The translations under genes and the position numbers were made by a program. A DNA stretch of 64,000 bases from Porphyromonadaceae bacterium UBA7048 (GTDB taxonomy: Bacteria; Bacteroidota; Bacteroidia; Bacteroidales; Muribaculaceae): positions 21,992 through 85,991 of the forward strand of contig DLAL01000047.1 in the NCBI GenBank assembly GCA_002493945.1, written 5' to 3'. The notes under the pieces are model-generated. The model saw nothing but the letters and a program-made list of their open reading frames with translations, searched no databases and had not been told where the DNA came from. The number at the start of each line of letters is the position of its first letter. Positions within the stretch are counted from its first letter, which is position 1. Below are positions 28,024 through 37,496 of the stretch, one piece after another.

Positions 28024-28066
28024 CACAATAAAAGCCGCTTCCCGTCGGGAAGCGGCTTTTATTGTG
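28024..28066. terminator. Bidirectional terminator between convergent genes
   Basis: Perfect 20-bp palindrome CACAATAAAAGCCGCTTCCC-GTC-GGGAAGCGGCTTTTATTGTG with A/T runs on both flanks. It lies between the stops at 28005 (+) and 28085 (-). Confidence 0.65.
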
Positions 28067-28084
28067 CGGACAGATGTCAGGGCA

Positions 28085-29725
28085 TCACTTCCATTCGGCG
28101 TGCTGCTCAAGAGCGCTGTTGGTGTCGATTTCGCCCTGCGGGATAGGCCATACGCTGTCCTGTGGACCGCGGGGCGTCTTATGCTGGAGTGTGCCATAAC
28201 CATTGGCGCGGTCGGCCTGCATGCGCTTCATGGCGTTTGCGAAGTCGTTCCAGCGGTAGAGGTCTGCGAAGCGGAGGTCTTCGAAGGCCAGTTCGACGCG
28301 GCGCTCGTGACGGACGATGGCGCGGAGTTCGGCCTGAGTGAGAGTCTTGTTCTTGCCTTCAGCCTCACTGACTTTGGGCATGCCTACGCGGCTGCGTACT
28401 TCGTCGATGCAGTCGATGGCGAGACTGTTGTTGCCGCCTTTCTCGATGAGCGCTTCGGCGTAGGAGAGGAGTACTTCGGCGTAGCGGATGACGTAGTAGT
28501 CCTGTGAGCCGTCATACTCATGCGAGAGGTCTTCGGGAGTGTACCATTTGCGGATGCAGACCGTCGAGGAAGCGGAGCCGATGGTAGGATAGTAGGTGCC
28601 GTTCCATGTCATGCCGGGCACGAAGAGTGTGCCGTAGAGACGCGGGTCGCGGTTCTCCCACATGCGGATGTCCTGATTGGTCTTGGAGTACTTCACGCCT
28701 TCGCCTCCATTGAGGAGCTCGGCCGGGAAGAGGGGCGATTCTGTGATGGGCAGACCGTCGGTGCAGTAGTATTCGTTGGCAAGGTTCATCGAGCCTTCGA
28801 TAGCGTTCATGGGAGCGCCCCACTTCACGCCGAAAGTCTGGCCTTCGCCCTGAGCCGGGCCTACATAGTGCACGCCGAGGAGTATTTCGGGGTCGTTTTC
28901 ATTAGCGACTGTGAAGAGGTCGGCGAAGTTCTTGCGGTAGTCCGAGCCGTCGCCCGACTTGAAGAGGCGAGTCTTGCCGTAGACCTTGGAATAAGCGCTG
29001 ATGGCGTCGTCCCAGCGGCCTGCGAAGAGGCTTACGCGGCCGAGAATGGCGTATCCGGCCTCACGGCTGAGTCTGCCGACGGGAGTCGAGGCGAGTTCGG
29101 GGAGGTAGTCAAGGTTTGCCTTCAGTTCGGTGATGATTGAGTTCACGATGGTCTCGCGGTCGGTCTTTGCGACATTTGCCGTGGCCATGGTGAGAACACC
29201 GGTGAAGTAGGGCACATCGCGGAATACGGATATAAGATTGTTGTAGGCCAGCGCGCGGAGAGCCATAGCTTCGGCGCGGAAGCGATTCTTGGCTTCGTCT
29301 GAGATGGGCACTCGGTCGATGTTCGAGGTGAGCATGTTGCAGCGCTTGATCATCTCGTAGTTTGCGTTCCAGTACATCGAGAAGCACTCGTCGTTTGTGC
29401 CGGAAGTGCACTCGGGGATGGAGCTGCCGAGCATCCAGTTGCCCCAGGAGTGGTCACCGTTGTCGGTGCTGGTCTCGCGGCATAGGAATCCGAAGCACCA
29501 TCCGTCGATGTTGTCGTTGTATAGGTTGCCTGCCTGCATGGCGTCGTAGCATGCTGTGAGAGCCATCATGGCGTCGTTCTCGCTCGCCCAGAAGCTGGAT
29601 GAGGAGGGCTGGTTGGGGTCGCTGGTGTTGAGGAAGTTGTCGGAGCACGAGACCGAGGTCAGTGCCATGCCGGCAAGCACGAGCGACGCAAGGATATTCT
29701 TGGATTTGAAAATATTGAGATTCAT
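28085..29725 (-). CDS. susD: SusD/RagB-family nutrient-binding outer-membrane lipoprotein
   Basis: 546 aa with lipoprotein signal LAGMALTSVSCSD. It shows the SusD-like pattern (ALRALAYNNL, RYAEVLLSYAEALIE, ERRVELAFEDLRFADLYRW) and lies directly downstream of susC. Confidence 0.9.
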   Translation of the reverse strand: MNLNIFKSKNILASLVLAGMALTSVSCSDNFLNTSDPNQPSSSSFWASENDAMMALTACYDAMQAGNLYNDNIDGWCFGFLCRETSTDNGDHSWGNWMLGSSIPECTSGTNDECFSMYWNANYEMIKRCNMLTSNIDRVPISDEAKNRFRAEAMALRALAYNNLISVFRDVPYFTGVLTMATANVAKTDRETIVNSIITELKANLDYLPELASTPVGRLSREAGYAILGRVSLFAGRWDDAISAYSKVYGKTRLFKSGDGSDYRKNFADLFTVANENDPEILLGVHYVGPAQGEGQTFGVKWGAPMNAIEGSMNLANEYYCTDGLPITESPLFPAELLNGGEGVKYSKTNQDIRMWENRDPRLYGTLFVPGMTWNGTYYPTIGSASSTVCIRKWYTPEDLSHEYDGSQDYYVIRYAEVLLSYAEALIEKGGNNSLAIDCIDEVRSRVGMPKVSEAEGKNKTLTQAELRAIVRHERRVELAFEDLRFADLYRWNDFANAMKRMQADRANGYGTLQHKTPRGPQDSVWPIPQGEIDTNSALEQHAEWK

Positions 29726-29739
29726 GATTGATTCAAGAT

Positions 29740-32700
29740 TTAGAATTGAACGTTTACACCGAAGGAATAAGTTCTCATGCCGGGGTGTACGTCAGCACGG
29801 GCGTCGCCCGAAGATTTCTCGGGATCCCAGTTCTTAAGTTTGGTGATAGTGGCAAGGTTGCCGCCGGAGAAGTAGAGACGGATGCTCTGGATGGATGCCT
29901 TGCGGAGGATTTCCTGACGGAATGTGTAGCCGAATTCAAGATTCTTGAGGCGGAGGTAGCTTGCGTCTTCGAGCCAGAACGACGAGTATTTGTCGTTCAT
30001 AGAGCTGCCCACGCGGGGCATCGATGCTCCGGTGTTGTCTTCGGTCCAGCGGTCAAGGAAGCGGTCGGTGAGGTTGCCGCGGATGTCGGAGGTCGTCTCC
30101 CAGCAGTAGCGGTTGAGGCCGCTCACGCCCTGCCAGAACATAGAGAGGTCGAAGCCCTTCCATGTGGCGCCGAGGTTGATGCCGTAGGAGAATTTGGGGA
30201 AGGGATTACCGATGATTGCGCGGTCTGCGTCGGTCACGTCGCCGTTGCCGTCGATGTCCTCGTAGATGATATCGCCGGGAGACGGAATCTGACCGTACTG
30301 CTTAACGATGTTACCGTCGGCGTCCGTGCGGTTCTTCACCGCGTCTTCGTCAGCGTAGATGCCGATGGCCTTAAGTGCGTAGTACGAGCCGATGGGGTCG
30401 CCCACGCGGTTGATTGTCGAGCCGCTGATGCGCTCTTCGAGTCCGCCCATGTGGAGAATCTCGTTCTTTACGTGCGAGAGGCTGAACCCTGCGTTCCATG
30501 TCCAGTCGCCGTAGGAGTCGCGGTAGTCGACGGCCCATTCAAGACCGCGGTTGCGGACTTCGCCCACATTCTGGTAGGGAGCGGCGAGGTTGCCGAGGAA
30601 GATGCCGGGCATGGCGAGCTGCATAAGGATGTCGGAGGTCTTTTTGTCGTACCAGTCGAAGGAGGTCGACAGGCGGTTGTTCCAGAAGCTCAGGTCAAGG
30701 CCGACGTTCCACGAACGTGTGGTCTCCCACTTGATGTCCTCGTTGGGAACGGAGGTCTGAACCATGCCGGGCTGCTTGTTGCCGTTTTCGTCGAAGTAGT
30801 AGTTGCCGCTTGCGCCGAGAGTCGCCGAGTAGGGATAGTTGCCTATCTCCTGGTTGCCGAGTTTGCCCCACGATGCGCGGATCTTACCCATAGTGAACCA
30901 GTGCTGTGCGCCGAGGTTCTTGAAGAAATCCTCGTTGGTGAACACCCAGCCGAGCGATACAGACGGGAAGGTAGCGTAGCGGTTGTTGCTGGGCAGACGG
31001 CTCGAACCGTCACGACGGATGTTGAACTCGAAGAGATAGCGGTTGGCGTAGATGTAGTTGATGCGGCCGAATATAGACTGCAGGCGATAGTTCTCGCTCA
31101 TACCTCCTGCGGTAGGATTCTTTGTGCCGCCGTTAAGCTCGAAAATGTTATTTGTAGGGAAGCCCTGCTTGGACGCTGTGGTCTGGGAGTACTCCGAGCT
31201 GATGACCGAGTGGCCGAAGAGAACGTGGAATGCGTGGTCGCCGAATTCACGGTCGAATGTGAGGAGCTGCTCGAATGTCCAGGTGGTGTTGCGGTACCAG
31301 TAGTCGGTGAGTGAGTTCTCGGTGCTGCCGACCTTCACGATGTTGCCTTCGGCGTCATAGCGTTCGCCGCCTGTGGGGTTGAATGCCTTGGTGGAGTTGA
31401 AGTTAAGGTTGTAGGCGAGGTTCATCTGATACTTGATGCCGCCCCAGATGTCGATAGCAGCCCAGGCTTTGCCGTTGAAGAACCACTTGTAGTTCTCGCG
31501 GTGGCCGAGGGTCATGCTCTCGAGAGGGTTCTTCACCATTTCGGCGTTCAGACCGGTGGTGCCCAGATATGATGAGCCGTCGACATATCCGTAGTGGCCG
31601 TTGGAGTACATGGCCGGAACGGTAGGACGGGTGAACCAGGAAATCCAGCGCATGACACCTCCGTCGCCGCCAACGTCGATTGAAGGCTGGGTGACTTTGG
31701 CTCGTGAGCCGAAGGCGTTCATGCCGAATGAGAAGCGCTTGTACTTGGTGTCGAGATTCAGACGGAAGCCGATGCGCTCGACGCCAGTGCGGAGCATGAT
31801 ACCCTCCTGATTCTGATAGTTGAGCGAGCCCATGTAGTGTGTGTTCTCTGAGCCGCCCGATACACTGACGTGGTGCTGCCACATCGGTGCGTTGCGGAGC
31901 ACTTCGTCAAGCCAGTCGGTGTTGGCGTAGTGGTCGGGGTCGCTGCCGGTGCGGAGAGCTTCGAGGGCGTCGGGGCCGTAGGTAGCATCGCGGTCGGCGG
32001 CTGCCATAGCGGCATTGCGGACGAGCGCCCAGTTGTATGAGTCAAGATACTTCGGAAGAGTGCCAGGAGTCTGGAGAGTGTAGCTTCCCTGATAGGTCAC
32101 GTTCACTTTGTCTCCGGACTGGCCGCGCTTGGTGGTGACGAGGATGACGCCGTTGGCGGCACGCACACCGTAGATGGCTGCCGAAGCAGCATCCTTGAGG
32201 ACCGAAATGCTCTCGATGTCGGCCGACGGAAGTTCTGCCAGCTGAGAGAGTGAGCACTCTACACCGTCGATGAGGAGCATAGGATTGTTGTTGCCGAAAG
32301 TCCCGACGCCGCGGATGCGGATTTCCGGGTTATCGTTGCCGGCCTGTGCGCCGTTCGATGTGAGGCTAAGACCGGGGAGACGGCCCTGGAGAAGTGTAGC
32401 GGTGTTCGCTACGGGAGTGTCTTCGATGTCTTTGGCCGATACGGCAGCCACCGAACCGGTCAGGTTGACTTTCTTCTGCGTAGCATAGCCGACCACGACA
32501 GCTTCATCAAGCATGGTGGCCGAAGGCTGGAGGACGAATTTGAGCGTAGTGTTGTTTCCTACGGCGAGGGTGAGTGGTGCGTGACCGATGTAGCTGACAG
32601 TTATGCTCTGATTAGGTTCTGCATCAATCGTGAAGTTGCCGTCGACGTCGGTTGTAACGGCAGTTTTGGTACCTTTAAGTTCGGCCAGGGCACCTATCAG

Positions 32701-32826
32701 AGGTTCGCCCTCAGGGTCGGTAACGGTTCCTTTAATTACGGCTCCCTGAGCGATGGCAGCTGCGCAGAGCAGAGTCACAACAGAAGCGGCCGTACGTCGG
32801 TGCGACGATTTAAGGTTCATAGTCAT
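29740..32826 (-). CDS. susC: SusC/RagA-family TonB-dependent outer-membrane transporter
   Basis: N-terminal CarboxypepD_reg-like segment (IKGTVTDPEGEPLIGALAELKG..TDVDGNF), a plug (VVVGYATQKKVNLTGSV) and a C-terminal barrel ending SFGVNVQF. Start is probably MTMNLK/MNLK (32826 or 32820), not the track maximum of 32859. Confidence 0.9.
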   Translation of the reverse strand: MTMNLKSSHRRTAASVVTLLCAAAIAQGAVIKGTVTDPEGEPLIGALAELKGTKTAVTTDVDGNFTIDAEPNQSITVSYIGHAPLTLAVGNNTTLKFVLQPSATMLDEAVVVGYATQKKVNLTGSVAAVSAKDIEDTPVANTATLLQGRLPGLSLTSNGAQAGNDNPEIRIRGVGTFGNNNPMLLIDGVECSLSQLAELPSADIESISVLKDAASAAIYGVRAANGVILVTTKRGQSGDKVNVTYQGSYTLQTPGTLPKYLDSYNWALVRNAAMAAADRDATYGPDALEALRTGSDPDHYANTDWLDEVLRNAPMWQHHVSVSGGSENTHYMGSLNYQNQEGIMLRTGVERIGFRLNLDTKYKRFSFGMNAFGSRAKVTQPSIDVGGDGGVMRWISWFTRPTVPAMYSNGHYGYVDGSSYLGTTGLNAEMVKNPLESMTLGHRENYKWFFNGKAWAAIDIWGGIKYQMNLAYNLNFNSTKAFNPTGGERYDAEGNIVKVGSTENSLTDYWYRNTTWTFEQLLTFDREFGDHAFHVLFGHSVISSEYSQTTASKQGFPTNNIFELNGGTKNPTAGGMSENYRLQSIFGRINYIYANRYLFEFNIRRDGSSRLPSNNRYATFPSVSLGWVFTNEDFFKNLGAQHWFTMGKIRASWGKLGNQEIGNYPYSATLGASGNYYFDENGNKQPGMVQTSVPNEDIKWETTRSWNVGLDLSFWNNRLSTSFDWYDKKTSDILMQLAMPGIFLGNLAAPYQNVGEVRNRGLEWAVDYRDSYGDWTWNAGFSLSHVKNEILHMGGLEERISGSTINRVGDPIGSYYALKAIGIYADEDAVKNRTDADGNIVKQYGQIPSPGDIIYEDIDGNGDVTDADRAIIGNPFPKFSYGINLGATWKGFDLSMFWQGVSGLNRYCWETTSDIRGNLTDRFLDRWTEDNTGASMPRVGSSMNDKYSSFWLEDASYLRLKNLEFGYTFRQEILRKASIQSIRLYFSGGNLATITKLKNWDPEKSSGDARADVHPGMRTYSFGVNVQF

Positions 32827-33008
32827 TGTAAAATAAAATTGGTTTAGATTAGTCTGCATAAACCGCCGCGTGACAGTGGTGACCGCGCGCAGGCAGATTT
32901 AAGGTTGTTGTTAAGGAGGGACGGTTTACGTTGTGTGTGTGGTCTGTGGTTTTCTGATACTTGTGTCTGTGTGTTTGTTAAGTTTGATATATTAAGTGAT
33001 AAGTAATT

Positions 33009-33806
33009 CTATCTGAGCTGATAGTATCGTACATAGTCCACTTCCATCTCTACGGGAAGGTCGGCTTTGTCGACGTCGCCCACCCACTGGCCTCCGAGCT
33101 GCATGTCGATGAGTATGTACTGTGGGATGTAGAAGGGGAACTGTCCTTCGGCACCGTCATTAATCTTGGGATATACGAGGGTCTGCTCGCCGTTGATGTA
33201 GAATATCACCTTATCCTCAAGGATGTCGACGGCATAGGTATTCCAGTCTTCGCGGTCGATGCGATAGATGCCGGTGGACTTTGGCTCGTTCACTTTTCCG
33301 AGGTCATATGTCCAGTGACTGTGTACGGTCTGATAGACGCCGTGGTTGTTGTTCAGACGCTCGAGAATGTCTATCTCGCCGCCGTTGGGCCAGTAATTCT
33401 TTTCGTTGCGGTGGTCGTAGGGCAGCAGCCATATTGCAGGCCATGCTCCTTTGGCTCCGTGAAGACGGGCGCGGAATTCGAACCGCCCCGGGTCAAACGA
33501 CTTCAGGTCCTTGGTCCAGATGCCGCCTGTGATGTAGGGCGCGGGATCAGACTCGGTGTTGTCGTTCACGATGCCCTTGAGGACGAGCACGCCGTCGCGG
33601 AGCTCGACAAGGCGCGGGTCATCTGACTGTGTGTTGGCCCAGTCGGGTGTGCCTCGGGTTGTGCGGCTCCACACTGCAGGGTCGAGTGTCTCCGAGTTGA
33701 ATTCATCGGCCCATACGAGCTGCCACTTTTTCGGCACTTCGGCCGAAGCGTCGACCGAAGCCAGTGCAGCAGCGAGCGCGATAGCTGTAATTGTGATTTT
33801 ATTCAT
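33009..33806 (-). CDS. Glycoside hydrolase family 16 (beta-glucanase/laminarinase-like)
   Basis: 265 aa with a signal peptide, WPAIWLLP and the catalytic motif GGEIDILE (ExDxxE). Confidence 0.9.
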   Translation of the reverse strand: MNKITITAIALAAALASVDASAEVPKKWQLVWADEFNSETLDPAVWSRTTRGTPDWANTQSDDPRLVELRDGVLVLKGIVNDNTESDPAPYITGGIWTKDLKSFDPGRFEFRARLHGAKGAWPAIWLLPYDHRNEKNYWPNGGEIDILERLNNNHGVYQTVHSHWTYDLGKVNEPKSTGIYRIDREDWNTYAVDILEDKVIFYINGEQTLVYPKINDGAEGQFPFYIPQYILIDMQLGGQWVGDVDKADLPVEMEVDYVRYYQLR

Positions 33807-33836
33807 GGTATGATATAGGGTTGTTGATTCGATATG

Positions 33837-35387
33837 TCAAAGAGTCTTGAAGAATGACCTGATTGCGTCCGGATTGACTGTGCTGAGTGTGGCCTCGCCA
33901 CCTGCCACGGGAATTTCGCGGAGCAGGAATCCGAAGGCTTCGGCTGGAGTTTCAGCACCGGAAACTGTCTTTTCGAATGTTTCCGATGACCGGCGGCCAG
34001 TGGCGTCAGAGGGAAGATTGGAGAATGAGCCGATGTAAATGTTGTCGGAAAACTCGTTGGCCGTGGAGCCGGTCATGCGGAAGGTCGTAGGCTCCGCGGA
34101 GAAGAATACATTGCTTTTTATGAATGTGCTGTCAGCATAGCCGTTCCATGAGTCGGACGTGATGATGCAGCGGTCAACCTTGTCCGAGGGTTTCGGGCCG
34201 ACATACAGTATGTTGTTCTCGATAAGTGTGTTGCGGACGGGGCCGGCTATATGGATGCCGGGCGAGAATGTTCCGACACGTGTCAGGCGCTCCCGCACGC
34301 CGTCGTTTATGCTGAGATTGTAGCGCACGACGGTCCCGACGTTGCCCGCGTTGTCTTCCGGGCCGAGTCCGCCGTCATTGCATATCAGAATCAGTCCGCC
34401 GTCGTTGAGGTGGCTGTAGTTGTATTCGATCAGAGTATTGGCGCAGTTGTAGTCGCTGTCATATGCCTGACTGTCCCACGGGGTACTCAGTCCGGTGACT
34501 TCATTGAACCGTATCACGGTATTGTCGCAGCTCCACGGCCAGAATCCGGCAGCCGCCTCGGTGTCGGGCAGCAGGGCGGTGCAGTCGCGCATGAGGTTGT
34601 ACTCGATTACGGCGCCGTCGCATCCTATAGGAACAATGCCGTCGCCTGGAATCTCTTCAAGCAGATTGTGACGCACGGCCACGCCTGTGCTCGGGGTGCC
34701 CCAGCGGCGGCGGCTCCATGTGTCGCACGCCCATATCATGCCGTTGCGCTCGCAGCGGCGCAGGATGCAGTTCTCGATGACAAGGCCGTCGAAACGCGAC
34801 GCCACGCTGTCGGAGCGCGTCTCGATGAGGATGCCCGAGCCGCCCCCTTCTTCTTTAACGAGACTGCCGTTCACGTCATGGATATACAGCGAGTTGAGAG
34901 TGATGTCTTTGGATACGCCGCTGTTGTCGGCCGAAACCTTCACACCGGTCCTCACAGGCATGCGTGAGGTGCCTTTGTTGACAATCTCGATGTTCTGCAA
35001 TTTGAGATAGGATGAATTGCGCACCGATACGGCATAGAGGGAGCTGTCGGGCGCAGCCACCACCGGACGGGCGCCGTCGCCGTACGCGTCGATGACTATC
35101 GGACGGCTTTCGCTGCCGGTGGCCGACACTTCGAGAATCTGATGAAAATCGCTGCCTCGTGCGAGCAGAATACTGTCGCCCGGATTCAGGGTGAGACCCT
35201 CCAGCTTGTCAAAACTCTTCCACGGCGTCTGTGGGGTGAGACCGTCGGCATTATCGTCGCCCATATTTGCGTCAAAATAATATGACTGTCCGGCATTATC
35301 GCCGGATGATGTCCGCGAGCATCCTGAAGTAACTATGCCGGAAAGTAGCGCACACAAGGGTATTATGCTATAGAAAAGTATACGCAT
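33837..35387 (-). CDS. Right-handed parallel beta-helix repeat lipoprotein (putative glycan-active enzyme)
   Basis: 516 aa with lipobox VTSGCS. The N-terminus (YYFDANMGDDNADGLTPQTPWKSF..LNPGDSILLARG) is typical of pectate-lyase-fold proteins. Repetitive N/G/I/V-rich turns include NIEIVN, IENCILRRC and IEYNLMRDC. Confidence 0.75.
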   Translation of the reverse strand: MRILFYSIIPLCALLSGIVTSGCSRTSSGDNAGQSYYFDANMGDDNADGLTPQTPWKSFDKLEGLTLNPGDSILLARGSDFHQILEVSATGSESRPIVIDAYGDGARPVVAAPDSSLYAVSVRNSSYLKLQNIEIVNKGTSRMPVRTGVKVSADNSGVSKDITLNSLYIHDVNGSLVKEEGGGSGILIETRSDSVASRFDGLVIENCILRRCERNGMIWACDTWSRRRWGTPSTGVAVRHNLLEEIPGDGIVPIGCDGAVIEYNLMRDCTALLPDTEAAAGFWPWSCDNTVIRFNEVTGLSTPWDSQAYDSDYNCANTLIEYNYSHLNDGGLILICNDGGLGPEDNAGNVGTVVRYNLSINDGVRERLTRVGTFSPGIHIAGPVRNTLIENNILYVGPKPSDKVDRCIITSDSWNGYADSTFIKSNVFFSAEPTTFRMTGSTANEFSDNIYIGSFSNLPSDATGRRSSETFEKTVSGAETPAEAFGFLLREIPVAGGEATLSTVNPDAIRSFFKTL

Positions 35388-35678
35388 GCTGTATTGTTAT
35401 TAAAATGCGTTATCTTTAGAAATTTTCATGGTCTGCACGGGGTTTGGATACTGTTAAAAATACAAACGAGTGCAATTACAGATACAGGTAATTAAAAAAT
35501 ATTGTATAGGTTTGTTGATAACTCTTTTGTCTGCGCGAATTTAGACATTAAATTTTATGTATGCAATATTTTTTATACTTTTTTGAGGGTGAAGCTGGGT
35601 TTTTATCAAAGTTTACTAATGCAGATTTAGTTAATAAATCTTTTTACGAAGCCTGTGGGCGTTGAATGTGTGTGCCGT

Positions 35679-35721
35679 GGTAAAAGTTATACTGCCACGA
35701 CGAATCGCTCCATCGTGGCAG
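35679..35721 (-). terminator. Terminator after the acd-etf operon
   Basis: CTGCCACGA..TCGTGGCAG (9-bp stem), followed on the minus strand by TATAACTTTTACC. It lies ~55 nt past the stop at 35774. Confidence 0.5.
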
Positions 35722-35773
35722 TATGCTGATTTATATATGAAAAAGGCTTAGAAACCTGTCAATAAGCCCGGAT

Positions 35774-37480
35774 TCATTCGCCTATGCCGTAAGCTGAAAG
35801 CTGTTCGGGAGCGAAGTTGGAGATGAAGTCGGAATGTTGTGCCACAAGAGCCTGAGCCATCTTGGTGTATACAACAGCGGTGTTGTTGAACGACTCGTCG
35901 TCCTTGGCGTCCTGCAGGAGAAGATAAGCCATGATGAGGCTGCCTGCCATCTCGACGAGGCGGCGTGCCATGAAGTCGAGATACTTGGAGTTGTTGGCTT
36001 CGGTGACTTTAGCAACGGCTTTCTCGTATGCTACGGTGAGGTCGCCGAGAATAGCGGCCAGAGGAGCGAGCTGGGCAGGGTAGCCGGCTTCGGCGTAAGT
36101 CTTTATCAGCGAGGCGTAAGTGCCGGTGGTGACGTGGCGGATGGCAGCCACTACCTGCAGCTGGGTCGTGCCTTCGTAGATGGATGTGATGCGTGCGTCG
36201 CGGTAGATGCGTTCGCAGGCGTAGTCCTTCATGAAGCCCGAACCGCCGTGAATCTGGATGCAGTCGTAAGCGTTCTGGTTGCAGTATTCGCTGCCGAGAC
36301 CCTTGGCGAGGGGAGTGAGAGCGTCGGCCAGACGGCTGTAGTGCTTCATCTCGGCGCGTTCGTCGGCAGTCAGCGAGCGTTCGCGTGCGATATCCTCATA
36401 GATTTTGTACATGTCCACGAAGCGCGAGCACTCGTAGAGCAGCGAGCGTGATGCGTCGAGTTTGGCTTTCATCACGGCGAGCATTTCAGATACTGCGGGG
36501 AACTCGATGATGGCTTTTCCGAACTGGCGGCGCTCAAGGGCGTACTGATGAGCTTCGCGGTAAGCGAGTTCGCTGACACCTACGCTCTGTGCGGCGATGC
36601 CGAGGCGTGCGCCGTTCATCAGGGCCATCACATACTTGATGAGGCCGAGACGGCGGTTGCCGCAGAGTTCGGCGGGAGCGTTCTTATATACGAGTTCGCA
36701 AGTGGGCGAGCCCTTGATACCCATCTTGTTCTCGATGCGGCGCACGGTGACACCGCCGTTGCGCTTGTCGTAGATGAACATCGACAGGCCGCGGCCGTCC
36801 TTGGTGCCTTCTTCTGAGCGTGCGAGCACGAGGTGGATGTCGCTGTCGCCGTTGGTGATGAAGCGCTTCACGCCATTGAGCACCCATGTGCCGTCCTCTT
36901 TCTGAGTGGCCTTGAGCATGACCGACTGGAGGTCGGAGCCTGCGTCGGGTTCGGTGAGGTCCATCGACATGGTCTCGCCTTCGCATACGCGGGGGATGTA
37001 TTTGGCGCGCTGTTCTTCCGAGCCGAATTCGTAGAGCGTCTCGGCGCAGTCCTGAAGGCCCCAGAGGTTCTCGAAGCCGGTGTCAGCGCGGCTGACGATT
37101 TCGGCAGCCATGATGTAGGGGGTGATGGGGAAGTTGAGACCGCCGAAGCGACGGGGCATGGCCATACCCATCAGACCAGCCTTGCGGCAGAGGTCAAGAT
37201 TCTCGACAGTTCCGTCGGCATAGTATGCGCGGCCGTTGGCGCAAGATGCGCCCTGGTGGTCGACGGCCTCGGCGTTTTCGGCGATTTTGCCGCCGCAGAG
37301 GTCTCCTACGATTTCGAGAACTTTCTCATAGTTGTCCATCGCATCGGCGAAGTTGGCCGGTGCGTAGTCGAACTTTTCTGCGTCAGTGTAGTTGCGCTCG
37401 CGCAGTTCGACGATCTTCTGCATCAACGGATGGTTGAGGTGATGTCTGAGATCGGGATTATCTGTATAGAAATTTGCCAT
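35774..37480 (-). CDS. Long-form acyl-CoA dehydrogenase (568 aa)
   Basis: ACAD middle and C-terminal blocks (SMDLTEPDAGSDL, ITNGD, IHGGSGFMKDYACERIYRDARITSIYEGTTQLQ), plus ~90 extra N-terminal and ~120 extra C-terminal residues. Confidence 0.9.
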   Translation of the reverse strand: MANFYTDNPDLRHHLNHPLMQKIVELRERNYTDAEKFDYAPANFADAMDNYEKVLEIVGDLCGGKIAENAEAVDHQGASCANGRAYYADGTVENLDLCRKAGLMGMAMPRRFGGLNFPITPYIMAAEIVSRADTGFENLWGLQDCAETLYEFGSEEQRAKYIPRVCEGETMSMDLTEPDAGSDLQSVMLKATQKEDGTWVLNGVKRFITNGDSDIHLVLARSEEGTKDGRGLSMFIYDKRNGGVTVRRIENKMGIKGSPTCELVYKNAPAELCGNRRLGLIKYVMALMNGARLGIAAQSVGVSELAYREAHQYALERRQFGKAIIEFPAVSEMLAVMKAKLDASRSLLYECSRFVDMYKIYEDIARERSLTADERAEMKHYSRLADALTPLAKGLGSEYCNQNAYDCIQIHGGSGFMKDYACERIYRDARITSIYEGTTQLQVVAAIRHVTTGTYASLIKTYAEAGYPAQLAPLAAILGDLTVAYEKAVAKVTEANNSKYLDFMARRLVEMAGSLIMAYLLLQDAKDDESFNNTAVVYTKMAQALVAQHSDFISNFAPEQLSAYGIGE

Positions 37481-37496
37481 TTCTTATATGATTTCC

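Noticed and set aside
29728-31314. Other long antisense ORFs: 29728-31314, 46151-47500, 48462-49994, 55650-56513, 56646-57698 and 57729-58589.
   Set aside because: They lie opposite susC, clpC, gyrA, uvrA and pulA respectively, so the same argument applies.
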